Positions 37,902 through 51,900 are shown, counted from the first letter of the stretch. The stretch is DNA of 64,000 nucleotides from Eledone cirrhosa (GCA_964016885.1 OZ024745.1:80600001-80664000); one strand, 5' to 3'. The notes: generated by a model from the sequence alone, not told the origin. Numbers and translations are program-made.

Positions 37902-39395
37902 CTACACAGAAATTAGAAAAAATTAAAAACATTGTCCAATATATTTATTTTGCACAATTTTTGGAGTGAAATTGTGTTGAAACAAATATGATTGTACATT
38001 GAGGAGATCAAATTGCCAATAAAAACACAGGCACTGGTTGTTTTTGCATTTCAGTTTATCATCAGTCAATTAAATAATTGTGAAGGTACATGGCCTAGTG
38101 ATTAACATATTGGACTTATGATCATAATGTCATGGGTTCATTTCTTGAACAATCTTGTGTGTTGTGTTCTTGAGCAAAACATTTTATTTTACATTGCTTC
38201 AGTACACTTAGCTGAAAATACATACCAGCAGTAGCCTCCAGAGGGAAGGATTGTACTCTCAGTAGGTTAATGCTAAGGAAAATTAGGATAAGCACTGACC
38301 CAATGAGTTTCCAGGCTTGGACAGATTCTAAGTTTAGTGTCTCAATTAAATAATTGATTAATTGTTTAATTAATTTGTGAAAGTTCTTTCATAACAACCT
38401 GTGATATTATCAATTCTGCTGTGGTCCTCACCTATTTCTTCTTCACAAACACCTACTCTGTGGTTTCTGTTCATTTCTCAGAGAGACCATGTGTGTATAT
38501 CCAGTTTAAAATAGATACACCATATCCCTGTGTGTTGTAAGAGGCAACTAAAAGAGTTGGCCACAAGAAAGGCATCTAACCATAAAACTTTGCCTCAAAA
38601 AGGACTCCATAATGAGTATTGAAGTTTGTTATAGGACCTACATGGCTAATTCCTACTTTAATAGGGGAAAATATCCTTTAAACACATGCTTTTAATGAGT
38701 ATATGGTCTTCACAAAGTGCAGCAGTACATGTTCAAATGAACATTTCATGAAGTTTCTTCAGGATTTTTAAGGGAATATAATTGTTTCTACTTTTGGCAC
38801 AAGGCCAGCAATTACCCAGTACATTATTTTATCGACCCCGTAAGGATGAAAGGTAAAGTTAACCTCGACGGGATTTGAACTCAGACCGTAAAGGGATATA
38901 ATAGAGAGATAATATAAACGTATTCTAGGTGAGAGATCTCAGTCAGGTGACCCACAAACTGAGATAATATAAACATATTCTAGGTCAACGGTCTCAAACA
39001 AGTGACGCACAAACTTCCATGGCCCATGGCAGAACAATTTTTGTGATTAATATTTTCCTAAAGTTTAGTTATTTATCTCTATTTTAATAATGTTACCCAT
39101 GAAATACAATAAAAAAAATGAAATATATCAAAAGTGAAAATGGAGTTAAGGATAATTTTCCCCCTTCATTTTATACTAATTCAGATATCCCAATTACAAT
39201 TATATGTGTATTCATTTTGATGAAAAAAACAAAAAAAAACACTATCAGCTGTATTGCAGATTAGCATTATAACTGGTGGAAATCATGTCACCTCCTCTTA
39301 TTTTTGGCTCGCTGTGCCTCTCCCTCAGGAGATAATGGCCCTTTTGAGCCATTTGAGTGTGAAACTCCTGTTCTAGCTTTATTGGTATTTCTTAC

Positions 39396-39523
39396 CTCTG
39401 ACTTACTAGGACTGTATATTAACAATTGACGCAAGAATTCATAAGTCAAGAGATTGTCATCTATCAATAATATAGCTGCTTTTATACTGGATGTTGGTAA
39501 TTTCAGATGTCCAAGTAGAATTG
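39396..39523 (-). CDS. GRID2IP: Delphilin-like formin FH2 exon (SILLGHLKLP..LRQLLIYSPSKSE)
   Basis: SILL.HLKL is delphilin-like; phase 1-0. Confidence 0.93.
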
Positions 39524-39802
39524 CTGAAAGAAATATATATAATTTCTTTTATTTACATAACTTTACCCAATAACAAAATTAAAAAATAAAGTAATCCAAC
39601 AAATGTAAACTATCCAAGACATGTTTTTCTGTGTACAGAGGGAATAAGAGAAAATGTGTTTACACTTCATTCTTTTCAGAGTGATGGCTTCCAATTAAAA
39701 ACAAAAACAAAAACACTGTAGTTATCTTTATATTAAATGTACTTTAAATTTTTTAATTTATTCAGCTGATCAATAAAGTAGATTAAATTCAAGATGTCTT
39801 AC

Positions 39803-39868
39803 AAATATTGTATGATTTTCTTGAATCTAAGATGGATACTATTTTCTTCTTTACAAATTTACTTTTCC
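39803..39868 (-). CDS. GRID2IP: Delphilin-like formin FH2 exon (GKSKFVKKKIVSILDSRKSYNI)
   Basis: ILD.RKSYN knob motif; phase 1-1. Confidence 0.92.
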
Positions 39869-40129
39869 CTGAAAAAGAAAAGAAAAGAAAAAAATTCAAA
39901 TGAAAAATTTAAGAAAAAATGTTGAATTTGATTTTCCAGACCGATCTAAAAATTCTGCTGCTACTGCTGGTGACAATGATGATGATGACGATGATGATGA
40001 TGATGATGAGAATGAAGATGATGATGACGATGATGATGTTGATGATAATAATAATGAGGATGATGAACAAAATAAAGGAAATAAAGAAATATAAACAATG
40101 ACACACACACATACACACACATATATATA

Positions 40130-40200
<71 letters not shown>

Positions 40201-40410
40201 TTGTAAAAGATTTGATTGAGTTCACACTGGAGTCAGGTCTACCACATTGATGAAGACTTCAAAGCAATCACCTGTGAAACATGTAAAAGTCGATATACAA
40301 TGAAATCATTTTTAAGTGAAACTTCGTTATATCATACTTAATATACATATGAATATATATATCCATATATATATATAGACACACACACAGATATATATAT
40401 ATATACACTT

Positions 40411-41030
40411 CATCATCATCATCATTTTACTTTTGCTGTTTAAGCTTGCCTAGGTCAGACAGGTCCTTCTCAGTACAGCATCTCTCCACTTGTCACATTC
40501 CCTTATCATCTCCTCCATGAGATTTAGGGATCTGAGGTCAGCTTTCACCACTTCCATCCAGGTCATCCTTGGTCTTCCTCTACTGCTGCTCTCCTCCACT
40601 GGGATTACTTGGCAATTTTTCAACCAGTGATCATCATCATCTATGCATATCACATGTCCATGCCAATGCAGCCTCCTCTCCTGCACATTACATCTGATTC
40701 CTCTTATACCCAGTTTCTCCCTTAGTTCATCCATATTTTGTCATTCTTGCACATTACCATTGCACATCTGTCGAAGCTTACTTGCCTCATTTCTTTCCAG
40801 CCTTCGCATGCTTTCTGCATTCACTGCCCATGTCTCACTACCATGCAGCATCAAACTTCATACACAAGCATCATAGAGTCGTCCCTTTGTACATAGGGAG
40901 AAACCTTTTATTGTTAGCAGGGGTGGTAGTGAAAAAACTTCTTCCACCCTGAGCACTGCTAATTATATCACCAAGGTAGCAGAAGCTATCAACCACTTCT
41001 ATGGATCCTTCCTAGGATTGGAAAAGGTTT
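40411..41030 (-). pseudogene. Decayed RTE 3' fragment
   Basis: ELREKLGIRGIRCNVQERRLHWHGHV..RGRPRMTW. Confidence 0.85.
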
Positions 41031-41362
41031 ATATTATTTATTTTATTATTTTTATTAGCACTCATACTATCAATTGGCCCTGAACTTCCACTACATATAA
41101 AATCTTCCTTTCCTGTTGGGCTGTGCATTCTTCTCCAGGGATGGTCTTAATATTTCTAACCATCTATCTCGTTTTCTAACATATACAAATTCAATCTGGC
41201 TCGTGTGTTCACCTGACTGGTATGTTTTATTATGACATTAACACTAACAATTTTATGCTGTGATTGACTAGACTGAAGTGTCCTCTCAAACCCTATATTG
41301 TCTCTATAGAAAGTTAAATGTAATTGGTAGACACACAACGATATATATATATATTTTATTAC

Positions 41363-41441
41363 CTGGCTCATTGGTTTTAAGTGCAAACTTCTTTTCTAAA
41401 TTCAAAAGAGGAATAATATCATCTATATCACTTTTGTTGAC
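41363..41441 (-). CDS. GRID2IP: Delphilin-like formin FH2 exon (VNKSDIDDIIPLLNLEKKFALKTNEP)
   Basis: LE..F lasso/linker motif; phase 0-1. Confidence 0.88.
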
Positions 41442-42773
41442 CTAGAAAAAGTAAAACAAAATTGAATAAAATATTATGAAAATAAACACAAGAAAAATAT
41501 TATGAAAATAACAAACACAAGAAAAAATTATTTTTCTATTTCTCAGAAAGTTTTAATAGATACAGGATTGACAGTGTCGGTAGAGCATCAGATGATATGC
41601 TTTGCAGCATAGAGTTATGGTCCTTAACATTCTGAGTTCAAATTCCGCAGTCTTTGCCCTGAAGAAAGGACTTCCCAGAATATTTGCACTTTGGACTCAA
41701 ATACTTTAAATTTGAAATTATGTTATAAAATGTTTTTGTAAAAAAAATGGAGGTTACACCCTTGCTGCCTTCTTTTGGCTGAGAAGGGCAGGCAGTTTTC
41801 CTCTGTCTGGTGGCTGTAGCAAAAGAGGTTATGTGGTTGATGTGGCTGAAGTTAAACACTATTCTTCAGCTAAGCCTTCATCAACTCTTTTGAGTTCCAC
41901 TTGGGAAGGGAGGTGAGGGTGGAGAGGGAAGTGCTGTTCTGAATATTTGTTAAAAGGTGGGTGAATGTAGTGAGGAAGGCCTGAGTAAATGGGCCTACTC
42001 TGACCAGGCCCCTGTAGGCTGAAGAGTTTAGAAAGGAGAGGGGCACCTTTTGATGGAGCTCTTGGAGATTAGGATGGTTTAGGATTGGTGGAGTTCATAA
42101 GTTATGCCTGGACAGTGCTCCTCTTATTGTATAATTTTTATTGTTAAATGTATTGTTTTATTTGTTTATATCCTTTAATTTTTTGTAGGTCCATACTGTT
42201 CCTGTCTTTTGTAATATCCTACATGTTTCTCCTCTTCCCACTTATTCCTGTGAGGGTCATGGGGACAGATTCCTCAGACATGCTTTCTAGAGAGTCCTAT
42301 CAGAGGGGTTAATTGAGCTAGCTGGATCCCCAAGCAAGGCCAACAGAGCTCATGGAAGTTATCCAACCATCTTGTTCATAAACTATTTGACTGTAAAAAT
42401 CTAAATCTTCCAACATAATTTTATATAAGAACCACATGTTAAGTTACTATCTTGGTAATGTAAAATTCTATATAAGAACCATGTTACATTACTATCTTAT
42501 ATTTTATATAAGAACCATATGTTAAGTTACTATCTTTGTAATGAAATCATTATTAGAATGCGCTTTTGAAATACCATAATATTTAAAACATTCAAACATT
42601 AAGTGAATGAGTACTCAATACTGGTGGGTAGAGTGTAAATTTTATTTTCTGAGTAGAAAAGTGGCAATGACTTTAAACTTTCAGTTTAGTCGCTTCATTT
42701 GGCGAAAAAAAATCTAAAATATGTCTCAAGTCCGGAGGCTCATTAGGCTGATGCTTATCCCAGTTTCTTTGGC

Positions 42774-44008
42774 ATTAAGTGACTGAGAGTATAAGACACT
42801 TCCTGGACAGGACACCACTGTAGAGTTAAAGTCTATCTCAAATCCTCAGGCTCATTAAGATGAGTTTCCTTGACATTAAGTGACTGAGAGTATAAGACAC
42901 TTCCTGGACAGGACACCACTGTAGAGTTAAAGTCTATCTCAAATCCTCAGGCTCATTAAGATGAGTTTCCTTGACATTAAGTGACTGAGAGTATAAGACA
43001 CTTCCTGGACAGGACACCACTGTAGAGTTAAAGTCTATCTCAAATCCTCAGGCTCATTAAGATGAGTTTCCTTGACATTAAGTGACTGAGAGTATAAGAC
43101 ACTTCCTGGACAGGACACCACTGTAGAGTTAAAGTCTATCTCAAATCCTCAGGCTCATTAAGATGAGTTTCCTTGACATTAAGTGACTGAGAGTATAAAA
43201 CACTTCCTGGACAGGACACCACTGTAGAGTTAAAGTCTATCTCAAATCCTCAGGCTCATTAAGATGAGTTTCCTTGACATTAAGTGACTGAGAGTATAAG
43301 ACACTTCCTGGACAGGACACCACTGTAGAGTTAAAGTCTATCTCAAATCCTCAGGCTCATTAAGATGAGTTTCCTTGACATTAAGTGACTGAGAGTATAA
43401 GACACTTCCTGGACAGGACACCACTGTAGAGTTAAAGTCTATCTCAAATCCTCAGGCTCATTAAGATGAGTTTCCTTGACATTAAGTGACTGAGAGTATA
43501 AGACACTTCCTGGACAGGACACCACTGTAGAGTTAAAGTCTATCTCAAATCCTCAGGCTCATTAAGATGAGTTTCCTTGACATTAAGTGACTGAGAGTAT
43601 AAGACACTTCCTGGACAGGACACCACTGTAGAGTTAAAGTCTATCTCAAATCCTCAGGCTCATTAAGATGAGTTTCCTTGACATTAAGTGACTGAGAGTA
43701 TAAAACACTTCCTGGACAGGACACCACTGTAGAGTTAAAGTCTATCTCAAATCCTCAGGCTCATTAAGATGAGTTTCCTTGACATTAAGTGACTGAGAGT
43801 ATAAGACACTTCCTGGACAGGACACCACTGTAGAGTTAAAGTCTATCTCAAATCCTCAGGCTCATTAAGATGAGTTTCCTTGACATTAAGTGACTGAGAG
43901 TATAAAACATTTCCTGGACAGGACACCACTGTAGAGTTAAAGTCTATCTCAATCCTCAGGCTCATTAAGATGAGCTTCCTTGACATTAAGTGACTGAGAG
44001 TATAAGAC
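42774..44008. repeat. 101-bp tandem array, 12 near-identical copies plus a partial copy, derived from a SINE 3' region
   Basis: Unit starts recur at 42774, 42875, 42976 and onward. The array runs continuously into a - strand SINE at 44000-44190. Confidence 0.97.
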
Positions 44009-44225
44009 TTTCCACTGGGCAGGATGCCTGTCCATCGCAGGGTTAAACCTGCAGTTATTACTGGTATTCATTTTCAGCTGAGTATACTGAAGTAACATGA
44101 AATGAAGTGTTTTGCTCAAGAACACAACACACAACCCAGTCCAGGAATTGAACCCATGACATTATGATCATAAGTCCAACACATCAAGTATTAAACTATA
44201 AAGAGGTAGCTGTAAAAATGCTAAC

Positions 44226-44356
44226 CTTATACCATATAGTATTTTTATTTGGCTCTCCTTCTATTTTCTGCCAGTGCAGCCGTTTGTTCTTCAAGCTGCT
44301 TTTAGACACAACCATTCCAGACTTAGGAAGAGGTGGTGGCACTGGTGGAACCTTTT
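44226..44356 (-). CDS. GRID2IP: Delphilin-like formin exon with a minimal FH1 and the FH2 start (EKVPPVPPPLPK..KRLHWQKIEGEPNKNTIWYK)
   Basis: Both lasso tryptophans are present; phase 1-0. Confidence 0.92.
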
Positions 44357-46012
44357 CTAAAATACATAATGTAAAGCAATCAAGTAATTTATTAATGACA
44401 TATATTGAACCCTAAAATAGTTGTAGTTGGAGATTGGGAGCTACAGCTACATTTGGGTCCCTCTTCAGCATTTCTCCTCCTTAAGTCTCCATCTGTTCTC
44501 CTTTGATGCCTTTTCATTGCTTTCACTCTCACTGCCCCACTCACACTCCTGCAGCACCATACTGGCCATCTGACCTAGGATGATGTTGGTGGTCTGACAA
44601 TGTCTACTCTCTAATGCTTTCTCACCCACCCTCCTATTCACTTTACAATGTTGCTCACTTAACAAAAGATAGGGGCAGGGGATGCATGTACTCCTGCCCT
44701 ATTTAACACCCCCCCCCACTGACCTTATCAGTCTACTCCCTCCCCAACATCATGAGATCAGATTCATTTATGCCCAAACACACCAACACCATTCTCTCTA
44801 ATCTGCCAGCTATCACTCCCTCTTTCTAAAGCCATTTCTATTTCATATTTATCACTCTCTGCCACTAACTATCACTCACTCTCTTTTTCACATTCTATAC
44901 TTCTTCTCTTTTCTCTTTTCCCATTCCTGACACTCTTCAATTTCCTTTCCTACTCTATCTCTCTGTCACCCTCTCACTCCAATTAACCCTGTTTCTTCCA
45001 GCATACTTTCACACCCTTATCCACTCACCCTAATCCTTCTGACATTGATGTTTTTTCTATCCCTCCTCTGGGTCACATTGTCTTAATTGAATAACCTAGA
45101 GTAGTGAGTACCTTTTAGTCTTATGAGTTACAAGACAAACTCATTTGTGTCTGTGTCACAATAAAATGCACCCACTACACTCTGTAAAGTGGTAGTAACA
45201 AAACTGAGATCATGTGGTGTTGAGAGGAGCCCTTTAATTCTGTTAGGGACATAAAAATCTCTCTAGTATTGTGCCACGATAAAATGCACCCACTACACTC
45301 TGTAAAATGGTTGGTCTTGGAAAGGGCATCCAGCCATAGAAAGCATGCCAGAAGTGGAATGTACAAGCAGGACGAGGTTCTCCAACCGATCTAGTCTCAA
45401 TCTATAACAATTTATTCAACCAATGCCGGCAAGGAAAGTGAATGTAAAATGATGATATATACATCATCATCATAATCATCATTATCACCATCATCGTTTA
45501 ACATCCGCTTTCCTTGCTAGTAAAGGTTGGACAGGTCTTCAAAGATACAGGCAGTGTGTTTAAGGGGTTCACTTTGTAATCACTTAGTTTCAGGTTCAGT
45601 CCCACTGTGTGGTACCTTAGACAAGTATCTTCTACCATAGCCTCAGTTTTACCAGTACCTTGGAAGTAAAATTTGGTAGATAAAACCTGCAGAAGCCCGT
45701 TGTATATATATATATACATATGTAAGGACAAGATTCTACTGAATATATTTAACATTTATTTTATCATCACCATCATAATTTAATGTCAATCTTCCATGTT
45801 TGCATGGGTTAGATGAGCTATCATGTTATGAGTCTAGCCAGGTCAGGTGATCACGTCTTCTTCATACAGATCTGTTTTTGGTTTAGTTTTCTAATGCTGG
45901 ATGCCTTTTCTAATGCTAACTACATTGCACTTTTTAATTTTTATTTCCAATTTAATGTAATATCTCAAATTCATGGTCATACAAAGATATATTTTGGGTA
46001 ATGTAAACTTAC

Positions 46013-46582
46013 CTTGCTTGTCAACCTGTGTATTTGATTCAAGTTGTTTTATCTTGTCACTGACAGAAATAAGATTTTGAAGCCATTTCTGTGAATGGTA
46101 TTTTTCATCTTCTCTCATAGATGGTGTAAGTAAATTAGATTGAGAATGGGATTCGGTTGCAGTTATTCTATTTACTTCCTCGTCTTTTCCTACATTAGAA
46201 TTATTTGGTGCTCTGATTTGGTTATCAAAGTTGCTTGAAGTATTTTTTGATGGAATTACATCATAAGATTTTGACTTCAATTTTTTCTCAATATTATTCT
46301 TTCCAGAATTCCAAATTTTATCTGGAGTCAATTCTTGGGATTTACTGATGGGTCTTTGTTTAACATTTTGATACAGAAGTTTATTCGATTCCTTGCTTTT
46401 ATTGTTTATTGCTTCATTTTTAGAATACCTGCCAGTAGAATGTTTCTTCTTTGTTGCTGTTGATTCTTCACACACTTTTCTATCATGTTTTTGTAATGTA
46501 TTCACTTTTAAAAATTCAACATGAGTTATAATATTATTATCTTCTTCAGGTGTCAAATCTGTCAAATCAGCTTTTAATGAAC
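46013..46582 (-). CDS. Large low-complexity exon of the formin gene upstream of FH1/FH2
   Basis: 570 nt open, TTTAG acceptor and CAAG|gtaagt donor; phase 1-1 fits the next exon. Confidence 0.8.
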
Positions 46583-47199
46583 CTAAATGTGTAAACAAAA
46601 ATGTTGCAGAGTAAGAACTATTAAATATGTAAATTAGTTTTAATCAAAACCTAATTAGGAAATTATTTGTTATAAATGCCTTGTTAGATGGCTGTGCTGG
46701 TACTGTGATGAAAAAGCACTTTGTTCACCCGTTGGTACAATGAAGAAAAAGCACACCATCCACCCTGTAAGGTGGTTGTGCTGGTACCACTATAAAAAAA
46801 TGCCCAGTCCACCCTTTAACATGGTTGTGCAGATATCAAGACAAAAAATATCCAGTTCACACTGTACCGTAAGTGGCATTAAGAAGGTTATCCAGCCCTA
46901 GAAAATGAGTCCCAAACAGATCTGTATGAGTGGGATATAGTCACCAAGCACGGAAAATAGATGTTAAACAGTGATGGTGATGATGACGATGAAGATGACG
47001 AAATTCAAATAGTTAACTCTCTTGGGTGTGATCGCATAATTTTGTGGGGTCTGTTCTTGTAGACCTGGGCACATCTAGAGGGTCATAGCTTGATAAAATA
47101 TAGCCAAACTTCCCAATGACAGAATAAGTGGATGAAGACTTATTATCTGAACAGTTGAACTGGCAGACGAGAGCAATGGTAGATGGACTGGCTAAGAAT

Positions 47200-47385
47200 A
47201 TATATGACGGGCTGTTGAAAGGGTATTTAAGAGGCCTGGTTGGAAGCCCAACCTTCTGAGTTCTTTTAAAACTGAACCACTGCTGCAATAAGTGTGTGAA
47301 TCTGAAAAGGGAATATGTTGAATAAAATCATAATCAACTGATCCTCCTGAATTTTCTTTTACCCAAAACCAGGAACTTTTCAGCA
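47200..47385. mobile_element. Possible Tc1/mariner terminal remnant
   Basis: Minus-strand TA-flanked GCTGAAAAGTTCCTGG..TTTATTCAACATATTCCC resembles mariner ends. Confidence 0.4.
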
Positions 47386-47640
47386 TATATATATATATAT
47401 ATATATAAGCCAAAATCTGTTCTGTATGAGCAAGACATGGTCACCTGACCTAGCATTGTCCACAACAGGACAACTCATCTATCTGGCGTGAAATAATGGA
47501 CGTAAAATGGTGATGATGATATATAATAGTGAAAACAATCAGAACATTTACAATTATGTAACAGATACCTTGAAGTATAACATGATTATGCAATAAATGA
47601 AATGTGATGAAATTGTAACCTACTACCTTCTACTTCATTG

Positions 47641-47726
<86 letters not shown>

Positions 47727-47851
47727 ACCGTGACAAGTGGAGAGATGCTGTGCTGAATAAGACCCGTCCCACCCTTGCAAGCAAGGAAACGTGGACGTAA
47801 AATGATGATGATGATGATGATATATGTATATATATATATACATATATATAT

Positions 47852-48380
47852 GTATATATAGTGTATTTTGCAATACACTGTATGCTTAATTAAAAGCATT
47901 TCGAAGACCTTACGCTATTGTTTTAGAGTAGTGACAGTCTCACTTACTTTAAATTTTCAGCAAACAGGGGAGATAAAGCTGACAGAGCTCTGTTTCGTAC
48001 TTTTTGGTACTTATCAAAGCTAAGTACTCCACCTGTTTGCTGAAAATCATGAATGTTTGATTCTTATAGAATTCTAGTAATAATCAGGAACTGATTATAT
48101 AGAGCAGTTGCCGGTCAAGCAGAAATTGAAAATTAGAATTGGTGCTCTGAAATAGTGATATATATGAATGTATATATAGTGTATTTTGCAATACACTGTA
48201 TGCTTAATTAAAAGCATTTCGAAGATCTTACGCTATTGTTTTAGAGTAGTGACAGTCTCACTTACTTTGCTGAAAATTTAAAGTAAGTGAGACTGTCACT
48301 ACTCTAAAACAATAGCGTAAGGTCTTCGAAATGCTTTTAATTAAGCATACAGTGTATTGCAAAATACACTATATATATAT
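47852..48380. repeat. Direct plus inverted triplication of an about 100-bp unit around a hammerhead
   Basis: 47852-47950 is repeated directly at 48172-48268 and inverted at 48266-48380. Confidence 0.9.
47953..48047 (-). ncRNA. Type I hammerhead ribozyme with a U3:A8 core variant
   Basis: AGCU-UUGAUAA-GUAC caaaaa GUAC-GAAA-CAG agcu CUG-UC-AGCU. Stem I extends through an internal loop into 4-bp and 16-bp helices. Confidence 0.75.
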
Positions 48381-48608
48381 ATATATATATTTTAGGAACG
48401 ATCGACTTTTTCGTCAAATCGGACCGAGGGAACAATGTTTCCGTTGGTCTTTCCAACTGCTAATACTATCTATCAGTCGCAACTCCCGGTAGAAGAAGCA
48501 ACGTGAAATAAAGTGTCTTGCTCAAGGACATAACGCATCGCCTGGTCCAGGAATCGAACTCACAACCTTACGATTGCGAATTCTCTAACCACTCAGCCAC
48601 ACGCCTTC

Positions 48609-48643
<35 letters not shown>

Positions 48644-48991
48644 TCATCATTGTTTAACGTCCATCTTCCATGGTTGCATGGACATATATATATATATAAT
48701 GAATAAACATTGTTATCTCTAATTGAGACGAAGCAAGGTGTATTGGAATTCAGATAAAAATGAGAAAGCTCTTTGCTAGAACAGCTGTTAAAACAGCCAA
48801 ATGCTGTCAATGAGAGCATGGGCAAAAATGCCTCAGGGATAGAGACCACCAGTCAGTGGTTGACAGAGAGTAATGAGGTGGGTGACAGGCAGATGAAATA
48901 TAGAAAAGTTTGAAAAAGGAGGAGGACAAGGAGAATGTTGGCACTTATACACACACACACACATTTATATATATACATACATATATATATA

Positions 48992-51900
48992 TTGGAACAT
49001 AACTTAACTACCGGCTCAACCCCGATCTAATCCGCCGTGACCATTCTCCGAACTTTACACACTTTCCCACACTTGGTCTTTCCTTCCACGCATTACCTTT
49101 GTTTGATTTTGTTACTGAACTTGTTTATTTCCGTATATGATTCTTTGCCTGTGTTCTTACAATTTTATTTCTATGATTTTTTGTTCACGATTGCCTGTGT
49201 TTTTACCTTTATGATTTTTTGTCTTTAATTTTCTTGTGTATACTCCCCCCTCCTTACGTTTTTCTGTTTCATTTTCCCTTCCCCGTCTCTGCCTATCCTT
49301 CGCACTCACTCCTTCGTTCACTCCACCCCGCTTCACACCCCTGCTTTCTCATCCCTCCCCCTGCTTTCGCCCAACGCCCACCATGCCCAGCCTGAGATCC
49401 TTACTCCACCAACTACATAATCGCCTCAAACTTTTCCTCACCCCCCTCCTCCCATCCTGCTATCTCCCCTCTGCCCTTCAACTCTCCTACCTTCTCTTCG
49501 CCAAAACCCGGCACTCCAGCTACATCCATTTCCTCAGCCACCGCCTCCGCCTCCACCTTATCCCCCTCGGCTTCCGTCTACAGCGACGAGTTCCGCACCC
49601 GAACGGAAGTCGAGCGATTCGTGCAACGCACGAAGCTACAGGCACATTTCGGCCGAACGCCACCGGCTCCGGACGCCCCAGACCCGTTTCTCGCCCTGGG
49701 CCGATGACCATCTTCTTGGACGCTGGCCCCAGGGCAATTTAGCACCCTGGACGCGTTCGTCGATGCCAGCCGTAGCGCAGTAAATCGTTTCGACTTCCGC
49801 CACCGTTCCAAACGGTACAATATCTCACGGGGCGAGCTCCTCGCTCTCCGCTCCCTCCGTAGCCGAGATGACATCGTCATCAAACCGGCGGACAAGGGAG
49901 GCGCCGTGGTGGTGTGGCGCGCGGACCTCTACACGGCCGAAGCCCTCAGGCAGCTCTGTAACCCCCTCTTCTACCGCCCTCTACCCTCCGATCCCACCCC
50001 CCTCTACCAACAACAAGTCTCCTCCACCATCCAAGACCTTATCGCCTCCCCCCCCCACCGCTTCCCACCTCATCTTCCGCACCCCCCGCACCCCCACCAT
50101 CTACTTCCTCCCCAAACTCCACAAACCCGACAACCCCGGCTGCCCCATCGTCTCCGCTTGCAACTGCCCCACCGAACTCATCTCCGCCTTTCTCGACTCC
50201 ATCCTCGCCCCCCTTGTCACCACCCTCCCCTCCCACATCTCCGACACCAACCACACCCTGCGCCTTTTCGACTCCTTCACCTACCCACCCGGCCCACAGC
50301 GCTTCCTCTTCACCCTAGACATCAAGTCCCTCTATACCGTCATCCCCCACGCCGACGGCCTACACGCCTTCAAACACTACCTGGACCCTCACCCCTCCCC
50401 CATTCCCTCCACCCCCACCCTCCTTCGCCTCGCCGAACTGGTCCTCACCCTCAATTGTTTCTCCTTCTCGGGTGAGTTTTACCAACAGGTCACGGGGTTA
50501 GCCATGGGTACAAGAATGGGCCCGAACTATGCCAACCTTTTTGTTGGCCATGTTGAGGCCCAAATCTTTGCCCAGTACACCGGCCCACGCCCGAACTGTA
50601 CGGTCGTTACATTGACGACTGTATCGGAGCCACAGCCCTCACCCGAGAACAGCTCGACTCCTTTCTCTCCTTCTTCTGCTCCTTCCACCCCTCCCTACTT
50701 CACCACCTCTATCTCCACCACTCACGTCCACTTCTTAGACATCTCCGTCGCCTTCGACCCCTCCCACCACTCCCTCGTCACCTCCGCCTTCTTCAAACCC
50801 ACCGACTCCCACTCCTACCTCGACTTCATCTCTTCCCACCCCCACACCTAAACACTCTATTCCCTACTCCCAACTCCTCAGGATCCGCCGCCTCTGTAGC
50901 CGAGATGCTGACTTTGAGTCCCAGGCCCTTTCCCTAGTCAGCCATTTCATCCGCAGAGGTTACCCCCCTCTCTCGTCCACACCACTCTCACCCGCGCCCG
51001 TGCCGTCCACCGCTCCACCACCCTCACCCTACGCCACCGCACACCCACCCACCGTCTCCTCTTCCCCATCTCCTACCACCCCTCCACTGCACCATCCGCC
51101 GCCTCTTCCGATGCCTCCAGTCCGACCCCTCCACCTCCCACATCTTCCCAACCCCACCACTCCCCTCCTTCAAACGCGCACGCAATCTCCGCACCCTCCT
51201 CGTCCACAGCTCCTTACCCCCCCCCCGGTTCCTTTCCCTGTTCTAGGCCCCGCTGCAACACCTGTCCCCACATCACCAACACCACCACCTTCCAGGGTCC
51301 CAACGGCCACTCTCTCTCTGTCCGGCATGCCTTCCGCTGCACCTCCTCCAACCTAGTCTACGGACTTCGCTGCACGGAGTGCAGCGCGACTTATGTCGGA
51401 CAGACGGGACGCCGCCTGGCGGACCGATTCACTGAGCACCTCTGGGATATTCGTCTCGGTGGTAGTTCCCCCATCGCCCGCCACTTTGGTGGCCCTGGAC
51501 ACTCCGCACACCACCTTACTGTCTGTGGCCTACTCCAATGCCACGGAACACCCGCCAATCTCCTTAGAGTCGAACAAAGAACTATCTTAATCTTACAGAC
51601 CCACACTCCCCCCGGCCTGAACTCCCCACCCTTATTCCTTTAGCCTTCGACTGCCCCCCTCCCCCCACACATATCCCCCACTAACACACCCCTCCTTTTC
51701 ACCGCCCACCCCACAACTAACAATACTAACACCTCCACTCCACCCCTCATCCGACCACCCTTCCCCAACTAACATACTAACATCCCTCCCTTCTTCTCCT
51801 CCCCCCCTCCTTATCACACGCACACACCCACCGGCACATATATACACGCGCTCATACTAAACACACACCCTACTACCACCACTAACCCTCACCCCCACAC

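Noticed and set aside
39896-40225. Poly-Asp/poly-Ser ORFs
   Set aside because: (GAT)n and (GA)n microsatellites inside a formin intron.
40247-40290. TTGATGA..GAAACATGTA hammerhead-like motif
   Set aside because: No convincing stem II or stem I.
42774-44008. CTGAGGA..GAAA in each 101-bp unit (- strand) suggesting a satellite hammerhead
   Set aside because: No UH cleavage site after the hairpin and no room for stem I; explained by SINE sequence.
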